Shown: positions 32,027-42,482 of the stretch, piece after piece
Position numbering within the stretch: position 1 is the first letter of the stretch
Layout of the letters: each line of letters begins with the position of its first letter
Source: an uncultured Bacteroidales bacterium
GTDB taxonomy: Bacteria; Bacteroidota; Bacteroidia; Bacteroidales; UBA1715
Direction: 5' to 3'
Length of the DNA: 64,000 bases
Assembly (NCBI GenBank): GCA_964346725.1
Contig: CAYFVM010000002.1
Span: 1,582-65,581, forward strand
Program-made: the position numbers and the translations under genes
The notes under the pieces: generated by a model
Told to the model about the DNA's origin: nothing
Databases searched by the model: none
Seen by the model: only the letters and a program-made list of their open reading frames with translations

Positions 32027-33004
32027 ATGAATATCGTGAACGACAACCAGGCAATTATAGAAAGTGCAAAACGAATTATACGCGAAGAGTCTCAGTCTAT
32101 CAGTAATTTAACGAATTATTTAGATGATAATTTTGCCATTGTGGTGAAAAATATTCTTGCTTCGAAAGGAAGACTTGTCGTTACCGGAATTGGAAAAAGT
32201 GCACTTATCGCAACTAAAATCGTTGCAACTATGAATTCTACTGGTACTCCCGCATTATTTATGCACGCCGCTGAGGCAATTCACGGCGATTTGGGAATGA
32301 TTCAAAAAGAAGATATGGTTTTGTGTATTTCTAAAAGTGGAAATACTCCTGAAATTAAAGTGCTTGTGCCACTTTTGAAACGTGGCGGAAATAAATTGAT
32401 AGCAATGGTTTCGGAACGTTCATCATATCTAGGCGAACATGCCGATTATATGTTGTATGCTCACGTTGACCATGAGGCTGATATAAACAATATGGCTCCC
32501 ACCAATAGTACAACTGCCCAGTTGGTTATGGGCGATACGTTGGCTATGTGTTTGTTGGAACAACGGAAATTTACACCGCAAGATTTTGCGAAATATCACC
32601 CTGGTGGCGCATTGGGAAAACGTATGTATATGCGTGTTGACGACATTTTTGTGGAAGAAAATGCTCCACGCGTTTCACCTACACAGTCAATTTCCGAGAC
32701 AATCATTGAAATTTCTTCAAAACGTTTGGGAGCTACCGCCGTTGTAGATGAAAACAATCAATTAATTGGGATTATTACCGATGGTGATATTCGAAGAATG
32801 TTGGAAAAAAATACCAACATAAACGAAGCCAAAGCGCAAGACATTATGTCCAAAAATCCTAAAACAATTAGTCGTAATGAGTTGGCGGTAAGGGCGTTTG
32901 AACAAATGGAGAAAAACAGCATAACGCAATTGATTGTTACTGATGGCAAAACCTATCTTGGCATGATTCACTTGCACGATTTGTTGCGCGAAGGAATCGT
33001 ATAG
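32027..33004 (+). CDS. kdsD: KpsF/GutQ-family arabinose-5-phosphate isomerase (SIS plus CBS pair)
   Basis: 325 aa. The SIS motif is GRLVVTGIGKSALIATKIVATMNSTGTPALFMHAAEAIHGDLGMI. Tandem CBS domains are at the C-terminus. Confidence 0.88.
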   Translation: MNIVNDNQAIIESAKRIIREESQSISNLTNYLDDNFAIVVKNILASKGRLVVTGIGKSALIATKIVATMNSTGTPALFMHAAEAIHGDLGMIQKEDMVLCISKSGNTPEIKVLVPLLKRGGNKLIAMVSERSSYLGEHADYMLYAHVDHEADINNMAPTNSTTAQLVMGDTLAMCLLEQRKFTPQDFAKYHPGGALGKRMYMRVDDIFVEENAPRVSPTQSISETIIEISSKRLGATAVVDENNQLIGIITDGDIRRMLEKNTNINEAKAQDIMSKNPKTISRNELAVRAFEQMEKNSITQLIVTDGKTYLGMIHLHDLLREGIV

Positions 33005-33099
33005 TTCCGCTCCGAATAGTAGAGAGTTACACCTTAATATAATAGTGCTTTTTACGAAAGAAAGCCGTATTTTTGCCCTCGTTGAAAGGAAAGTTTTGT

Positions 33100-34359
33100 A
33101 TGATACAACGAAATGAAATAGAGATAATGGCGCCGGTGGGTTCGTACGAATCACTTGCCGCTGCAATTCAAGCTGGCGCAAATTCAGTGTATTTTGGTAT
33201 TGAAATGTTGAACATGCGTGCGCGCTCTTCAAACAACTTTACCACCCAAGATTTGATAAAGATTGTAGATACATGCAACGAACATGGCATTAAATCATAT
33301 TTGACCGTCAACACTATTATTTATGACAAGGATATGGAAACCTTGCATAAGGTGATGCAAGCAGCCAAAGATTTCCATGTTTCGGCTATAATCGCTTCTG
33401 ATATCGCTGCTATTCAATGTGCACGTGAATATGGCGTTGAGGTTCATCTTTCAACACAATTGAATGTTTCAAATACGCAAGTAGTTAAGTTTTTTGCACA
33501 ATATGCTGATGTTGTGGTGCTTGCACGCGAATTAAATTTGATGCAGGTACGTGAAATATACGATGCAATACAAGCAGAAAATATTTGCGGACCTTCGGGA
33601 CAACAAGTAAAACTTGAAATGTTTTGCCATGGTGCGCTCTGTCAGGCAATTTCGGGGAAATGTTATTTGAGTCTTCACGAGCGGAATTATTCTGCCAACA
33701 AAGGTGCATGCTTGCAAACGTGCAGAAAGGCATATATTGTGACTGAAAAAGAAACGGGCAACGAACTTGAAATTGACAACGAGTACATTATGTCGCCCAA
33801 AGATTTGTGTACTATTGGTTTTCTTGATGAACTAATTGAGGCCGGCGTGCGAGTGCTCAAAATTGAAGGCCGTGCGCGCAGTGCAGAATACGTTAAAACC
33901 GTTGTGACTTGTTACAACGAGGCAATCAACGAAATAGTGCAAGGAACCTATACCGACAATAAAGATGCAAAAGTAGCAGCCTGGAAGGAACGTCTTTCTC
34001 GCGTATTCAATCGCGGTTTTTGGAATGGCTATTATCTTGGCCAGCGTTTGGGCGAATGGAGCACGCACTATGGAAGTAGCGCTACAAAGATTAAAGTTGC
34101 CTTGGGCAAATGCACAAATTATTTCTCAAACCTCAATGTAGCAGAATTCCTCATGCAGTCAGATGAGTTGAACGAAGGTGATGAGGTTATGATAATTGGA
34201 CCTACAACCGGTGTGGTAGAAATGAAAGCACACGATATGTATGTGAATTTGCAAAAAGTAGAAAAAACCGTCAAAGGTGAATTGTTTTCAATAAAAACAG
34301 AAGAAAAAGTGCGTCGTGGCGACAAACTTTTCAAAGTAATTGTAAATAACTTTCAATGA
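33100..34359 (+). CDS. Peptidase U32 family protein (PrtC-like)
   Basis: It has EIMAPVGSYESLAAAIQAGANSVYFG and FCHGALCQAISGKCYLS, characteristic of U32. I preferred the ATG at 33100 over the TTG at 33073. Confidence 0.85.
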   Translation: MIQRNEIEIMAPVGSYESLAAAIQAGANSVYFGIEMLNMRARSSNNFTTQDLIKIVDTCNEHGIKSYLTVNTIIYDKDMETLHKVMQAAKDFHVSAIIASDIAAIQCAREYGVEVHLSTQLNVSNTQVVKFFAQYADVVVLARELNLMQVREIYDAIQAENICGPSGQQVKLEMFCHGALCQAISGKCYLSLHERNYSANKGACLQTCRKAYIVTEKETGNELEIDNEYIMSPKDLCTIGFLDELIEAGVRVLKIEGRARSAEYVKTVVTCYNEAINEIVQGTYTDNKDAKVAAWKERLSRVFNRGFWNGYYLGQRLGEWSTHYGSSATKIKVALGKCTNYFSNLNVAEFLMQSDELNEGDEVMIIGPTTGVVEMKAHDMYVNLQKVEKTVKGELFSIKTEEKVRRGDKLFKVIVNNFQ

Positions 34360-35645
34360 AGATAAAGCAGAAAGTTGCAGTTTTTTTATCGTCTGAAACT
34401 ACTAAAAACTCAGCTACGTTGCTTTCTGCCGGAGTAATGGTGCAAGTTATTGCATTGTTGATTTATCCGATTATTACTCGTTTATATGCTCCTGAAGATT
34501 TTGGCCTTGTAAGTTTGTTTTTGAGTATCACGGGAATACTTTCGCTCTTTGCTACGGCGGAATTTCAATATTCTATTGTACTCCCGAAATCCGAATCAAA
34601 AGCTGTGGCCTGCTTTTCTTTTGGTTTTTTTATAATGCTTGGCGTGGTTGCGTTGCTCGTGTGCACGCTGCCGTTTTCGGAACAAATAGCCGATATTTTT
34701 AATGCACCAAATTTGGCCGAATGGTATTGGGCAGTTCCGGTTTTTGTGCTTCTTTCAGGTTCATGGACCTTGCTCAACTATTGGTACACGCGTCACAAAC
34801 AATTTCGTTCCGTTGGAAACTATCAAATGACACAAAGTGTTACCAATGCCATATCAAAATGTGCGTTTGGCTATGCCGGATTGCTCAGCGGCGGACTAAT
34901 TTTGTCTGCTATTATTGCTCCGTTTATTGCACTTTGTGTGAGCATAGTTACCACGTATAAAGATGGTTTACACACCTTATTCTCTGTGCGAAAAGAAGAC
35001 TGCAAAATAGTTGCAAAAGAGTATGCGAATTTTCCAAAATATTCGTTACCACGGGCTTTGGTCAATAGCATTAGTCGAGGATTGCCTATATTGCTACTTA
35101 CTCCGTATTTTGGATTGTCTGAAATTGGATATTTGGGCATGGCGCTTACGTTGGCATTTAGTCCTATTACCATTATTAGCAATTCGTTGTATCAAGTTTT
35201 TTATCAAAAAACAGCCGAACAAGTGCAACGACGTGAAAGTGTTCGTGCTTTTTTATGGAAATTCATGAAAACAATATTGTCGTTCATCGTTCCCGGTTTT
35301 GTATTACTGTATATAATTTTGCCCGATTTTACCGAATTATTGTTAGGTGAAGGCTGGCATGTTCCCGGAGAATATATCCGCATTATGCTTGTGTGGATTG
35401 GTTTGACGGCAATAGTTTCACCTTTGTCATATATTCCCGACGTGTTTCAAAAACAAAAAATCGGACTTGCGTTTGAAGTTATACTTGTGTCGGCTCGTGT
35501 AATTGGATTGGTAATTGGTATTTGGGCACAAAATTTCACTATGGCAATTATGTGCTACAGTATAGGAAGTGCAATTGTAATTTTTACACAATTACTATGG
35601 TTCCGGTCGATGGTAACGCAATATGAGAAAGGATTGCAAGAATAA
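34356..35645 (+). CDS. Polysaccharide biosynthesis/oligosaccharide flippase (Wzx-like, MOP superfamily)
   Basis: 429 aa with about 12 predicted TM segments. The N-terminus is IYPIITRLYAPEDFGLVSLF. There is a 4-nt ATGA overlap with the U32 gene. Confidence 0.65.
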   Translation: MKIKQKVAVFLSSETTKNSATLLSAGVMVQVIALLIYPIITRLYAPEDFGLVSLFLSITGILSLFATAEFQYSIVLPKSESKAVACFSFGFFIMLGVVALLVCTLPFSEQIADIFNAPNLAEWYWAVPVFVLLSGSWTLLNYWYTRHKQFRSVGNYQMTQSVTNAISKCAFGYAGLLSGGLILSAIIAPFIALCVSIVTTYKDGLHTLFSVRKEDCKIVAKEYANFPKYSLPRALVNSISRGLPILLLTPYFGLSEIGYLGMALTLAFSPITIISNSLYQVFYQKTAEQVQRRESVRAFLWKFMKTILSFIVPGFVLLYIILPDFTELLLGEGWHVPGEYIRIMLVWIGLTAIVSPLSYIPDVFQKQKIGLAFEVILVSARVIGLVIGIWAQNFTMAIMCYSIGSAIVIFTQLLWFRSMVTQYEKGLQE

Positions 35646-35812
35646 ATTACCCACATTTCTCATCTGTATTCCCAGAACAAAAACATACTTTTCCTATCGT
35701 TTCTTTGGCTTTATTTCAAAGAAGAATCTGCCGTTTTTTAAAAAAGAATATTTTATTGGGATTTTCTTTATAAAAACGTAATTTTACCAAAAGAATTTTT
35801 TAGAATCGATAT

Positions 35813-37405
35813 ATGAAAGAATCTCTATTACTGGGAGCAGAAGCTATAGCTCTCGGCGCGATTGACGCAGGAATTTCAGGTGTGTACGCATATCCTGGTA
35901 CTCCGTCAACCGAAATTACCGAATTTATCCAAAAATCCAAGGAAGCACAAGAAAAACATATTCGTTCAAAATGGGCATGTAATGAAAAAACAGCATACGA
36001 AAGTGCATTAGGAATGTCATATGCCGGCAAGCGAGCTCTTGTTTGTATGAAGCACGTTGGTCTTAACGCCTGTGCCGATGCGTTTATGAACTCTGCTATT
36101 TCCGGAGTAAATGGCGGTTTGGTGTTGGTTGTGGCTGATGATCCCTCACAGCACTCTTCACAAAACGAGCAAGATAGTCGTGTGTATGGCAAATTTGCAT
36201 TGCTTCCGCTTGTAGAACCTTCTACACAACAAGAAGCATACGATTGTGTACACTATGCTTTTGAGATGTCGGAAAAAATGCGTTTGCCGTTTATTCTTCG
36301 TGTTACAACGCGTTTGTCACACTCTCGTTCTATAATTTCTAAAAGAAAATATCACGAACAGAATGCGTTCAATCCACAATTGCAACGCGAACGTTGGATA
36401 ACACTTCCAGCGTATGCACGACGTCAGTACAATGCGTTGGTTGCTCAACAAGATGAATTGACTGCGCTTTCAGAAAATTCACCTTTTATGAAAGTCATAG
36501 AAGGCACATCAAAGAAGGCTGTGATTGCGTTTGGTTTAGCATACAACTACGTGATGGAAGTTCGTGAAACGAATTACCTTGACGTTTCGGTGTTGAAAAT
36601 CTCTCAATATCCGTTGCCTCGTAAGCAAATTGCTGAATTCCTTACAAAATATGACGATATACTTGTAGCCGAAGAGGGATATCCGGTAGTAGAAGAATAT
36701 TTACGTGGTTTCCTTGACAATAGTAAACTTCGTGGAAAACTTGATGGTGCGCTTAATAGAACCGGAGAATTGAATCCGGAATTTATGGCAGCCGCAATGG
36801 GCGTGGCTCCGGCAAAAACTGCCGAAGTTTTATCATTGATGGTAAACCGTCCGCCTGCACTCTGCAAAGGTTGCGGCCATCGCGATACATACGAAGCTTT
36901 GAATGCGGCATTTGTTGGATACAAAGAACATCATGTGTTTGGTGACATTGGTTGCTACACGCTTGGCGCGCTTAAACCATACGAAGCCATCACTGCTTGT
37001 ATCGATATGGGTGCTTCAATCACAATGGCGAAAGGTGCTGCCGATGCCGGACTTCATCCTGCAGTAGCGATTATCGGTGACTCTACCTTTACTCATTCAG
37101 GTATGACCGGACTTCTTGATGCGGTGAATGAAAACACAAAAATGACCATCATCATTTCCGATAACTCAACTACCGCAATGACCGGAGGTCAGGATTCTGC
37201 CGGAACAAACAAACTACACCTTATCTGCAAAGGTCTTGGCGTAGACGAAAATCACATTCGTGTGATGGTTCCTCTCAAATCAAATCTTGAGAAGAATATC
37301 GAACTTATGAAAGAAGAATTTGAATACGATGGCGTTTCCGTAATTCTTGCACAAAGAGAATGCGTTCAAACAGCAATTAAAAACAAAAAGAAACTCAACA
37401 AATGA
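35813..37405 (+). CDS. iorA: Indolepyruvate:ferredoxin oxidoreductase alpha subunit
   Basis: 530 aa. It has a TPP-enzyme N-terminus GAEAIALGAIDAGISGVYAYPGTPSTEI, plus CKGCGHRD and GDIGCYTLG. It is followed by iorB. Confidence 0.88.
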   Translation: MKESLLLGAEAIALGAIDAGISGVYAYPGTPSTEITEFIQKSKEAQEKHIRSKWACNEKTAYESALGMSYAGKRALVCMKHVGLNACADAFMNSAISGVNGGLVLVVADDPSQHSSQNEQDSRVYGKFALLPLVEPSTQQEAYDCVHYAFEMSEKMRLPFILRVTTRLSHSRSIISKRKYHEQNAFNPQLQRERWITLPAYARRQYNALVAQQDELTALSENSPFMKVIEGTSKKAVIAFGLAYNYVMEVRETNYLDVSVLKISQYPLPRKQIAEFLTKYDDILVAEEGYPVVEEYLRGFLDNSKLRGKLDGALNRTGELNPEFMAAAMGVAPAKTAEVLSLMVNRPPALCKGCGHRDTYEALNAAFVGYKEHHVFGDIGCYTLGALKPYEAITACIDMGASITMAKGAADAGLHPAVAIIGDSTFTHSGMTGLLDAVNENTKMTIIISDNSTTAMTGGQDSAGTNKLHLICKGLGVDENHIRVMVPLKSNLEKNIELMKEEFEYDGVSVILAQRECVQTAIKNKKKLNK

Positions 37406-37980
37406 TTAAGAATATAATTTTGTCGGGAGTGGGCGGTCAAGGAATTTTGACTATCGCCTCTATTATTGACCTTGCGGCAATGCACTCCAATCTTAACGTA
37501 AAACAAGCCGAAGTTCACGGAATGAGCCAACGTGGTGGCGATGTGCAATCAAATTTGCGCATTTCCGATCAGGAAATTTATTCTGACCTTATACCAAAAG
37601 GCGAAGCCGACATTGTGTTGGCTATGGAACCGCTTGAAGCATTGCGTTACGTGCCGTTTCTTAAAAAAGACGGAATCATTATTACTTCATCGGGATGTAT
37701 GAAAAATATTCCTAATTATCCTGACGAAGCAAAAGTGTTAGAAGCCATTAAAAACAGTGGTTTCAAGTACGTGATTATTGATTCCGAAGAAATAGCAAAG
37801 AATTTGAGCGAACGCGTTTCAAATGTGGTGATAGCCGGTGCCGTTGCTCCAATTATTGGCATCGATGCAAAAGTGATGGAACAAAGCGTGAAAGAATTGT
37901 TTGCTTCTAAAGGTGAAGAAATAGTTGCAATGAATGTGAAAGCATTTGAAACAGGTTTAGAATACAGTAAAAATCTCTAA
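37402..37980 (+). CDS. iorB: Indolepyruvate:ferredoxin oxidoreductase beta subunit
   Basis: 192 aa. It has NIILSGVGGQGILTIASII (2-oxoacid oxidoreductase gamma-like domain) and overlaps iorA by 4 nt. Confidence 0.85.
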   Translation: MIKNIILSGVGGQGILTIASIIDLAAMHSNLNVKQAEVHGMSQRGGDVQSNLRISDQEIYSDLIPKGEADIVLAMEPLEALRYVPFLKKDGIIITSSGCMKNIPNYPDEAKVLEAIKNSGFKYVIIDSEEIAKNLSERVSNVVIAGAVAPIIGIDAKVMEQSVKELFASKGEEIVAMNVKAFETGLEYSKNL

Positions 37981-37981
37981 T

Positions 37982-39283
37982 ATGATTTGGAACAAGACAA
38001 TAGAGTGTATGGACCGCAAGTCAATGCGGAAACTACAAGGTGAACGATTGAGACGAGTTGTTGAGCAGGTGTATCACAATTGTGCTCCATATCGTGAAAG
38101 AATGCAGCAAGCAGGCGTTTTGCCGTCAGACATTCAAACGATAGATGATATCGTAAAACTTCCTTTTACATCGAAAAAGGATTTGCGTGATTATTATCCA
38201 TGGGGTTTGTTGTCGGTTCCACTTTCTGAGATTGTAAAAATTCATGCTTCTTCGGGAACTACCGGAAAACCTATCGTTATGGGATATACTCGTAAAGATA
38301 TTGATAACTGGTCTGAAGCCGGTGCTCGTTGTTATTCGGCTTATGGTTTGGGCAAAGACGATATTATTCAGATTTCATACGGTTACGGTTTGTTTACCGG
38401 TGGTTTGGGAGCGCACGATGCTTCTTTGAAACTTGGTGCTACTACCATTCCTATTTCTGCCGGAAATACCGAGAAGCAATTGCTTCTTATGCACGATTTG
38501 GGCACAACCGCATTGGCTTGTACGCCTTCGTATGCCTTGTATTTGGCTGAATCGTTGGAAAAATCGGGAATTCCTCGCAATGAAATTCAATTGAAGGTGG
38601 GAATTTTCGGTGCAGAACCATGGACAGAAGAAATGCGTAAAGAAATTGAATATCGTCTTGGAATAAAGGCATACGATATCTATGGATTGACAGAAATTTC
38701 CGGTCCTGGTGTTGGTTTCGAATGCGAATGCCAAAACGGAACGCACTTGAACGAAGATTTGTTTTTCCCTGAAATTATTAACCCTGAAACAGGCGAACAG
38801 GTTGCCGATGGCGAAGAAGGTGAACTTGTATTTACTACTTTGACCAAAGAAGGTATGCCGCTTATTCGTTTCCGCACACGCGACTTAACGCGTTTAACTC
38901 GTGGCACGTGCGAATGTGGAAGAACGTTGGTGAAAATGGGAAAAATACTCGGAAGAACCGACGATATGTTGATTATTCGTGGTGTGAACGTGTTCCCATC
39001 GCAGGTAGAATCTGTTTTGTGTACGTTGCAAGAGGTTGAACCGCATTTCTTCATCACTGTTGACCGTATAAATAATACCGATACCTTCGACATTGACGTT
39101 GAGGTGAAAGAACAATACTATTCTGACGTGATGAGCGATATGGAGAAATTGAGAAAGAAAATCGCTCATGCTATCCAAAACGTGGTGGGAATTCAACCAA
39201 ACATTAAACCGGTTGCTCCAAATACCATCGAACGTAGTCAGGGTAAGGCAAAACGCGTGAATGACAAACGAAAATTCAAATAA
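37982..39283 (+). CDS. paaK: Phenylacetate-CoA ligase
   Basis: 433 aa. It has the AMP-binding core IHASSGTTGKPIV, YGLTE, and a PaaK-type C-terminus. Confidence 0.88.
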   Translation: MIWNKTIECMDRKSMRKLQGERLRRVVEQVYHNCAPYRERMQQAGVLPSDIQTIDDIVKLPFTSKKDLRDYYPWGLLSVPLSEIVKIHASSGTTGKPIVMGYTRKDIDNWSEAGARCYSAYGLGKDDIIQISYGYGLFTGGLGAHDASLKLGATTIPISAGNTEKQLLLMHDLGTTALACTPSYALYLAESLEKSGIPRNEIQLKVGIFGAEPWTEEMRKEIEYRLGIKAYDIYGLTEISGPGVGFECECQNGTHLNEDLFFPEIINPETGEQVADGEEGELVFTTLTKEGMPLIRFRTRDLTRLTRGTCECGRTLVKMGKILGRTDDMLIIRGVNVFPSQVESVLCTLQEVEPHFFITVDRINNTDTFDIDVEVKEQYYSDVMSDMEKLRKKIAHAIQNVVGIQPNIKPVAPNTIERSQGKAKRVNDKRKFK

Positions 39284-39311
39284 GATAATCGAACACTAAA
39301 AACATACAACA

Positions 39312-39719
39312 ATGGTAGTGAAACAACTTTCGGTATTCCTTGAAAATAAAGTAAATAGCCTCAACAAAATGTTGCAGGTTCTCACTGATAATGGAATCAA
39401 TATGTCTGCATTTTGTATAGCCGATTCAGTTGACTATGGAATCATACGTTTTTGCGTTGGTCGTCCTGAATTGGCATGTAAGATTTTGCGCGAGCACGAT
39501 TACAATGTTCGTTTGACTGACGTGGTTTGTATTGAAGTTCCTCACGAATCGGGAGGCTTGCAAAAGGCAATTAGAATTTTTTCTGAAAACGATATCAATA
39601 TTGATTATATGTACGCCTTTGCCGACAATGGTTCAGCAAAAGTGGTAATTCGTAGCAATTCTACCGATCGTCTTATAGAAATTGCCAAAGCGCACAATAT
39701 CGTATTAGTTACAATTTAA
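39312..39719 (+). CDS. ACT-domain protein
   Basis: 135 aa, built from two short ACT-like beta-alpha-beta-beta-alpha-beta units. It is the usual partner of iorAB-paaK clusters. Confidence 0.7.
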   Translation: MVVKQLSVFLENKVNSLNKMLQVLTDNGINMSAFCIADSVDYGIIRFCVGRPELACKILREHDYNVRLTDVVCIEVPHESGGLQKAIRIFSENDINIDYMYAFADNGSAKVVIRSNSTDRLIEIAKAHNIVLVTI

Positions 39720-39732
39720 TTCGTTGTACTCC

Positions 39733-41226
39733 ATGCTCAATCAGAAACTACTCCAACAGCAGCAGCAGAAACTCTCGCCACAGCAGATTCAAGTAATTAA
39801 AATGCTTGAAATTCCTACTATGGAACTTGATACCCGTATCAAGGACGAGATAGAAGCCAATCCTGCGTTGGAAGTTGAAGGAGAATCAAATTCTGATGAG
39901 CAAGAGAAAAACGAAACGGACGATTCGCAAAATCAAGATAATGATTTGAACGACGACGATTCTGACGTTAAGGAAACCGACAAAAACAACGAGTTCGATA
40001 TAGACGACTATTTCAACGAGGACGAATATTCCAACTATAAATATTCGGCTAACAATTCTTCGCCCGACCAAGACAACAAAGAGATTCCGTTTTCAGGCGG
40101 AAATTCGTTCCAAGAGAATCTTAAAGCTCAATTGGAATTGCTCGATTTGACGGACGACGACATGGCGCTTGCCGATTTTATCATTGGCAACATTGACGAA
40201 GATGGCTATTTGCGTCGCGACCTTGAGAGCATTGTTGACGATATTTTGTTGCTACAAAATGTGACAACAACGAAAACCGATTTGCAACGCATTTTGAAAG
40301 CTATTCAAACACTCGACCCTGCGGGAATCGGTGCAACTTCGCTCAAGGAGTGCTTGGTTTTGCAAATAGAAAGAAAAGAGAAAACGCCCGAAACGCTCAC
40401 CGCAAAAGCGATTTTGGAAAAATACTACGAAGAATTTACCAAAAAGCATTACGATAAAATTCTGCAAGGACTCGAAATCGAGGAGGAGGATTTGAAGGAC
40501 GCCATTGACATTATCATAAAACTAAATCCGAAACCCGGAAATGGTACCGCCGATGCGTATGCCAAAACGTTCAATCAAAGTATTTTCCCTGACTTCAATT
40601 TGGATAACCAAAACGGTGAATTGATTTTGACGCTGAACTCGCACAATGTGCCAAGTTTGCGCGTGAGCAGTACGTATGCGAGTATGTTGCAAACATACAA
40701 GGCCACACAAAACAGTAGCAAAGGTCAGAAGGAAGCGTTTGAGTTTATCAAACAAAAAATAGATTCTGCAAAATGGTTTATTGATGCGCTCAAACAACGC
40801 AACAACACCTTGTTGTCGACCATGCAGGTTATACTTGATTTTCAACGCGAATTCTTCATTACAGGTGATGAGGCAAAACTCAAACCAATGATTTTGAAAG
40901 ATATTGCAGAACGTACTGGCCTTGATATTTCTACCGTTTCGCGTGTTGCAAACAGCAAACATATTCAAACGCAATACGGAATTTATTCACTCAAATATTT
41001 CTTCTCAGAAGGTCTCACAAACGATTCGGGCGAAGAAGTTTCGTCGCGCGAAATCAAAGCAATTTTGCAAGAGGCAATCTCCGAAGAAGACAAACGAAAA
41101 CCATATACCGATGAGCAGCTTACTGATGTTCTAAAAACCAAAGGCTACAACATTGCTCGTCGAACGGTTGCAAAATATCGCGAACAATTAGGCTTGCCTG
41201 TAGGCCGTTTGCGCAAAATGTTGTAA
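39733..41226 (+). CDS. rpoN: RNA polymerase sigma-54 factor
   Basis: Region I is MLNQKLLQQQQQKLSPQQIQVIKMLE, followed by an acidic region II. The C-terminal HTH plus RpoN box is ISTVSRVANSKHIQTQYGIYSLKYFF...ARRTVAKYRE. I chose the ATG at 39733; the ORF opens with a TTG at 39724. Confidence 0.95.
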   Translation: MLNQKLLQQQQQKLSPQQIQVIKMLEIPTMELDTRIKDEIEANPALEVEGESNSDEQEKNETDDSQNQDNDLNDDDSDVKETDKNNEFDIDDYFNEDEYSNYKYSANNSSPDQDNKEIPFSGGNSFQENLKAQLELLDLTDDDMALADFIIGNIDEDGYLRRDLESIVDDILLLQNVTTTKTDLQRILKAIQTLDPAGIGATSLKECLVLQIERKEKTPETLTAKAILEKYYEEFTKKHYDKILQGLEIEEEDLKDAIDIIIKLNPKPGNGTADAYAKTFNQSIFPDFNLDNQNGELILTLNSHNVPSLRVSSTYASMLQTYKATQNSSKGQKEAFEFIKQKIDSAKWFIDALKQRNNTLLSTMQVILDFQREFFITGDEAKLKPMILKDIAERTGLDISTVSRVANSKHIQTQYGIYSLKYFFSEGLTNDSGEEVSSREIKAILQEAISEEDKRKPYTDEQLTDVLKTKGYNIARRTVAKYREQLGLPVGRLRKML

Positions 41227-41227
41227 C

Positions 41228-41869
41228 ATGGAAAAAGTGTTAAGGACCCTTGCTTGGATAATTTCTGTGATTTTTCATCCTATTGGCATAGTGGTGATAG
41301 GGTGCACAGTTATCAATTTTGCTCTTTTTGCAGGTGTTGTTGGTCTTGAAAAAACTATCTCTAGCCTTGTTTTTTTGCGAACCATAAAACCTATTATAGG
41401 ACTATATTATCTTTTGCCATTGCTGTTTTGCGTGATATATGCAATGTTTTTTATGCGCAAAGGAGATCTAGACAACAAACGTCATAGGCTCATGTTGCTA
41501 TCATTCATTCTTTTGACCTATGTAGTGAGTCTTTTTAATACATCAATATCGACATTTTACCTACCATATCTCATGGGCTGTACGTTTGTGATATTGGTGG
41601 CTACAATTATCACATTCTTTTGGCGAATAAGTCTTCATACCATAGGCATGGGCGGTTTACTTGGTTTTTTCACCGAAATGATGATAACTCAGGCTTTTGA
41701 TAAATCAATAATGATACCGGTGTTTATGCTTACTGTGATAATTGCCGGTTTGGTTGGTTCTGCTCGTTTGTATTTGGAAGCGCACACACCAGCACAAATA
41801 TACGCAGGATATGCTGTTGGATTTGTAGGCACAGCCGGCGGTATGTTTGTTAATACTCTTTTGGCGTAA
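41228..41869 (+). CDS. Polytopic membrane protein, possibly PAP2-like phosphatase
   Basis: 213 aa with about 6 TM helices. RISLHTIGMGG and RLYLEAHTPAQIYAGY loosely resemble PAP2 motifs C2/C3. The assignment is tentative. Confidence 0.45.
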   Translation: MEKVLRTLAWIISVIFHPIGIVVIGCTVINFALFAGVVGLEKTISSLVFLRTIKPIIGLYYLLPLLFCVIYAMFFMRKGDLDNKRHRLMLLSFILLTYVVSLFNTSISTFYLPYLMGCTFVILVATIITFFWRISLHTIGMGGLLGFFTEMMITQAFDKSIMIPVFMLTVIIAGLVGSARLYLEAHTPAQIYAGYAVGFVGTAGGMFVNTLLA

Positions 41870-42479
41870 AGAAGTCCCAGCGAAGCAAGAAATACAAAGC
41901 TAAATTGTGATATCGCTGTTCTATTGGAATAAGAGAATATGAGCATCGTGCGGCAAAGTCAAGTTGCTTGCCTAAATCTACAGAAACGCCTGCACAGGCT
42001 TGCAAATCAAGCCGGGAGAAATCATTCGTTTTATTGCTTACACCTTCAAAATCAAAACGTTCGTACACCTTTGCCGAAAGCATTGCACCCGCATCTAATT
42101 TCACTATTTCGGGAAACGAAGCCAAAAACGTGTGCGGTTTTATTTGTAACAAATAGGTTGCGTCAACGTAGCCTAATGCTATTTTGTAGTTCTTTACAGA
42201 ATCGGCGGCACCTTTTTGTGCAAAACCCAATTCAAAGCTATGATTAGCAAACGAGCCAGGATAGGTTACAAACATTCCCGCAGCAGGGCCAATGGTGTGA
42301 AACCCTGCACGTTCGTCACCATCTATCTGACTTGTAGAAAATCCCGCATAGAGACCTCCCGAAAAATTCTGCGCCTGCAATTGCGACGCAAGCGCCAATA
42401 AAAATATTGTCACAACCAGTAGAGACGCACCATGGTGCGTCTTTATACAAGCGTTATGTTTTGGGAGGGGGAAATTCAT
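41850..42479 (-). CDS. Small outer-membrane beta-barrel (porin-family) protein
   Basis: 209 aa. It has a signal peptide ending ALASQLQAQ and alternating beta-strand pattern (GLYAGFSTSQ, FELGFAQKG). It starts 4 nt after the patatin stop. Confidence 0.6.
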   Translation of the reverse strand: MNFPLPKHNACIKTHHGASLLVVTIFLLALASQLQAQNFSGGLYAGFSTSQIDGDERAGFHTIGPAAGMFVTYPGSFANHSFELGFAQKGAADSVKNYKIALGYVDATYLLQIKPHTFLASFPEIVKLDAGAMLSAKVYERFDFEGVSNKTNDFSRLDLQACAGVSVDLGKQLDFAARCSYSLIPIEQRYHNLALYFLLRWDFFTPKEY

Positions 42480-42482
42480 ATC

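Noticed and set aside
35800-36192. A 130-aa minus-strand ORF overlaps the iorA start. Similar antisense ORFs occur in paaK (38375-39196) and rpoN (40522-40974).
   Set aside because: They are antisense to conserved genes and have no recognisable motifs.
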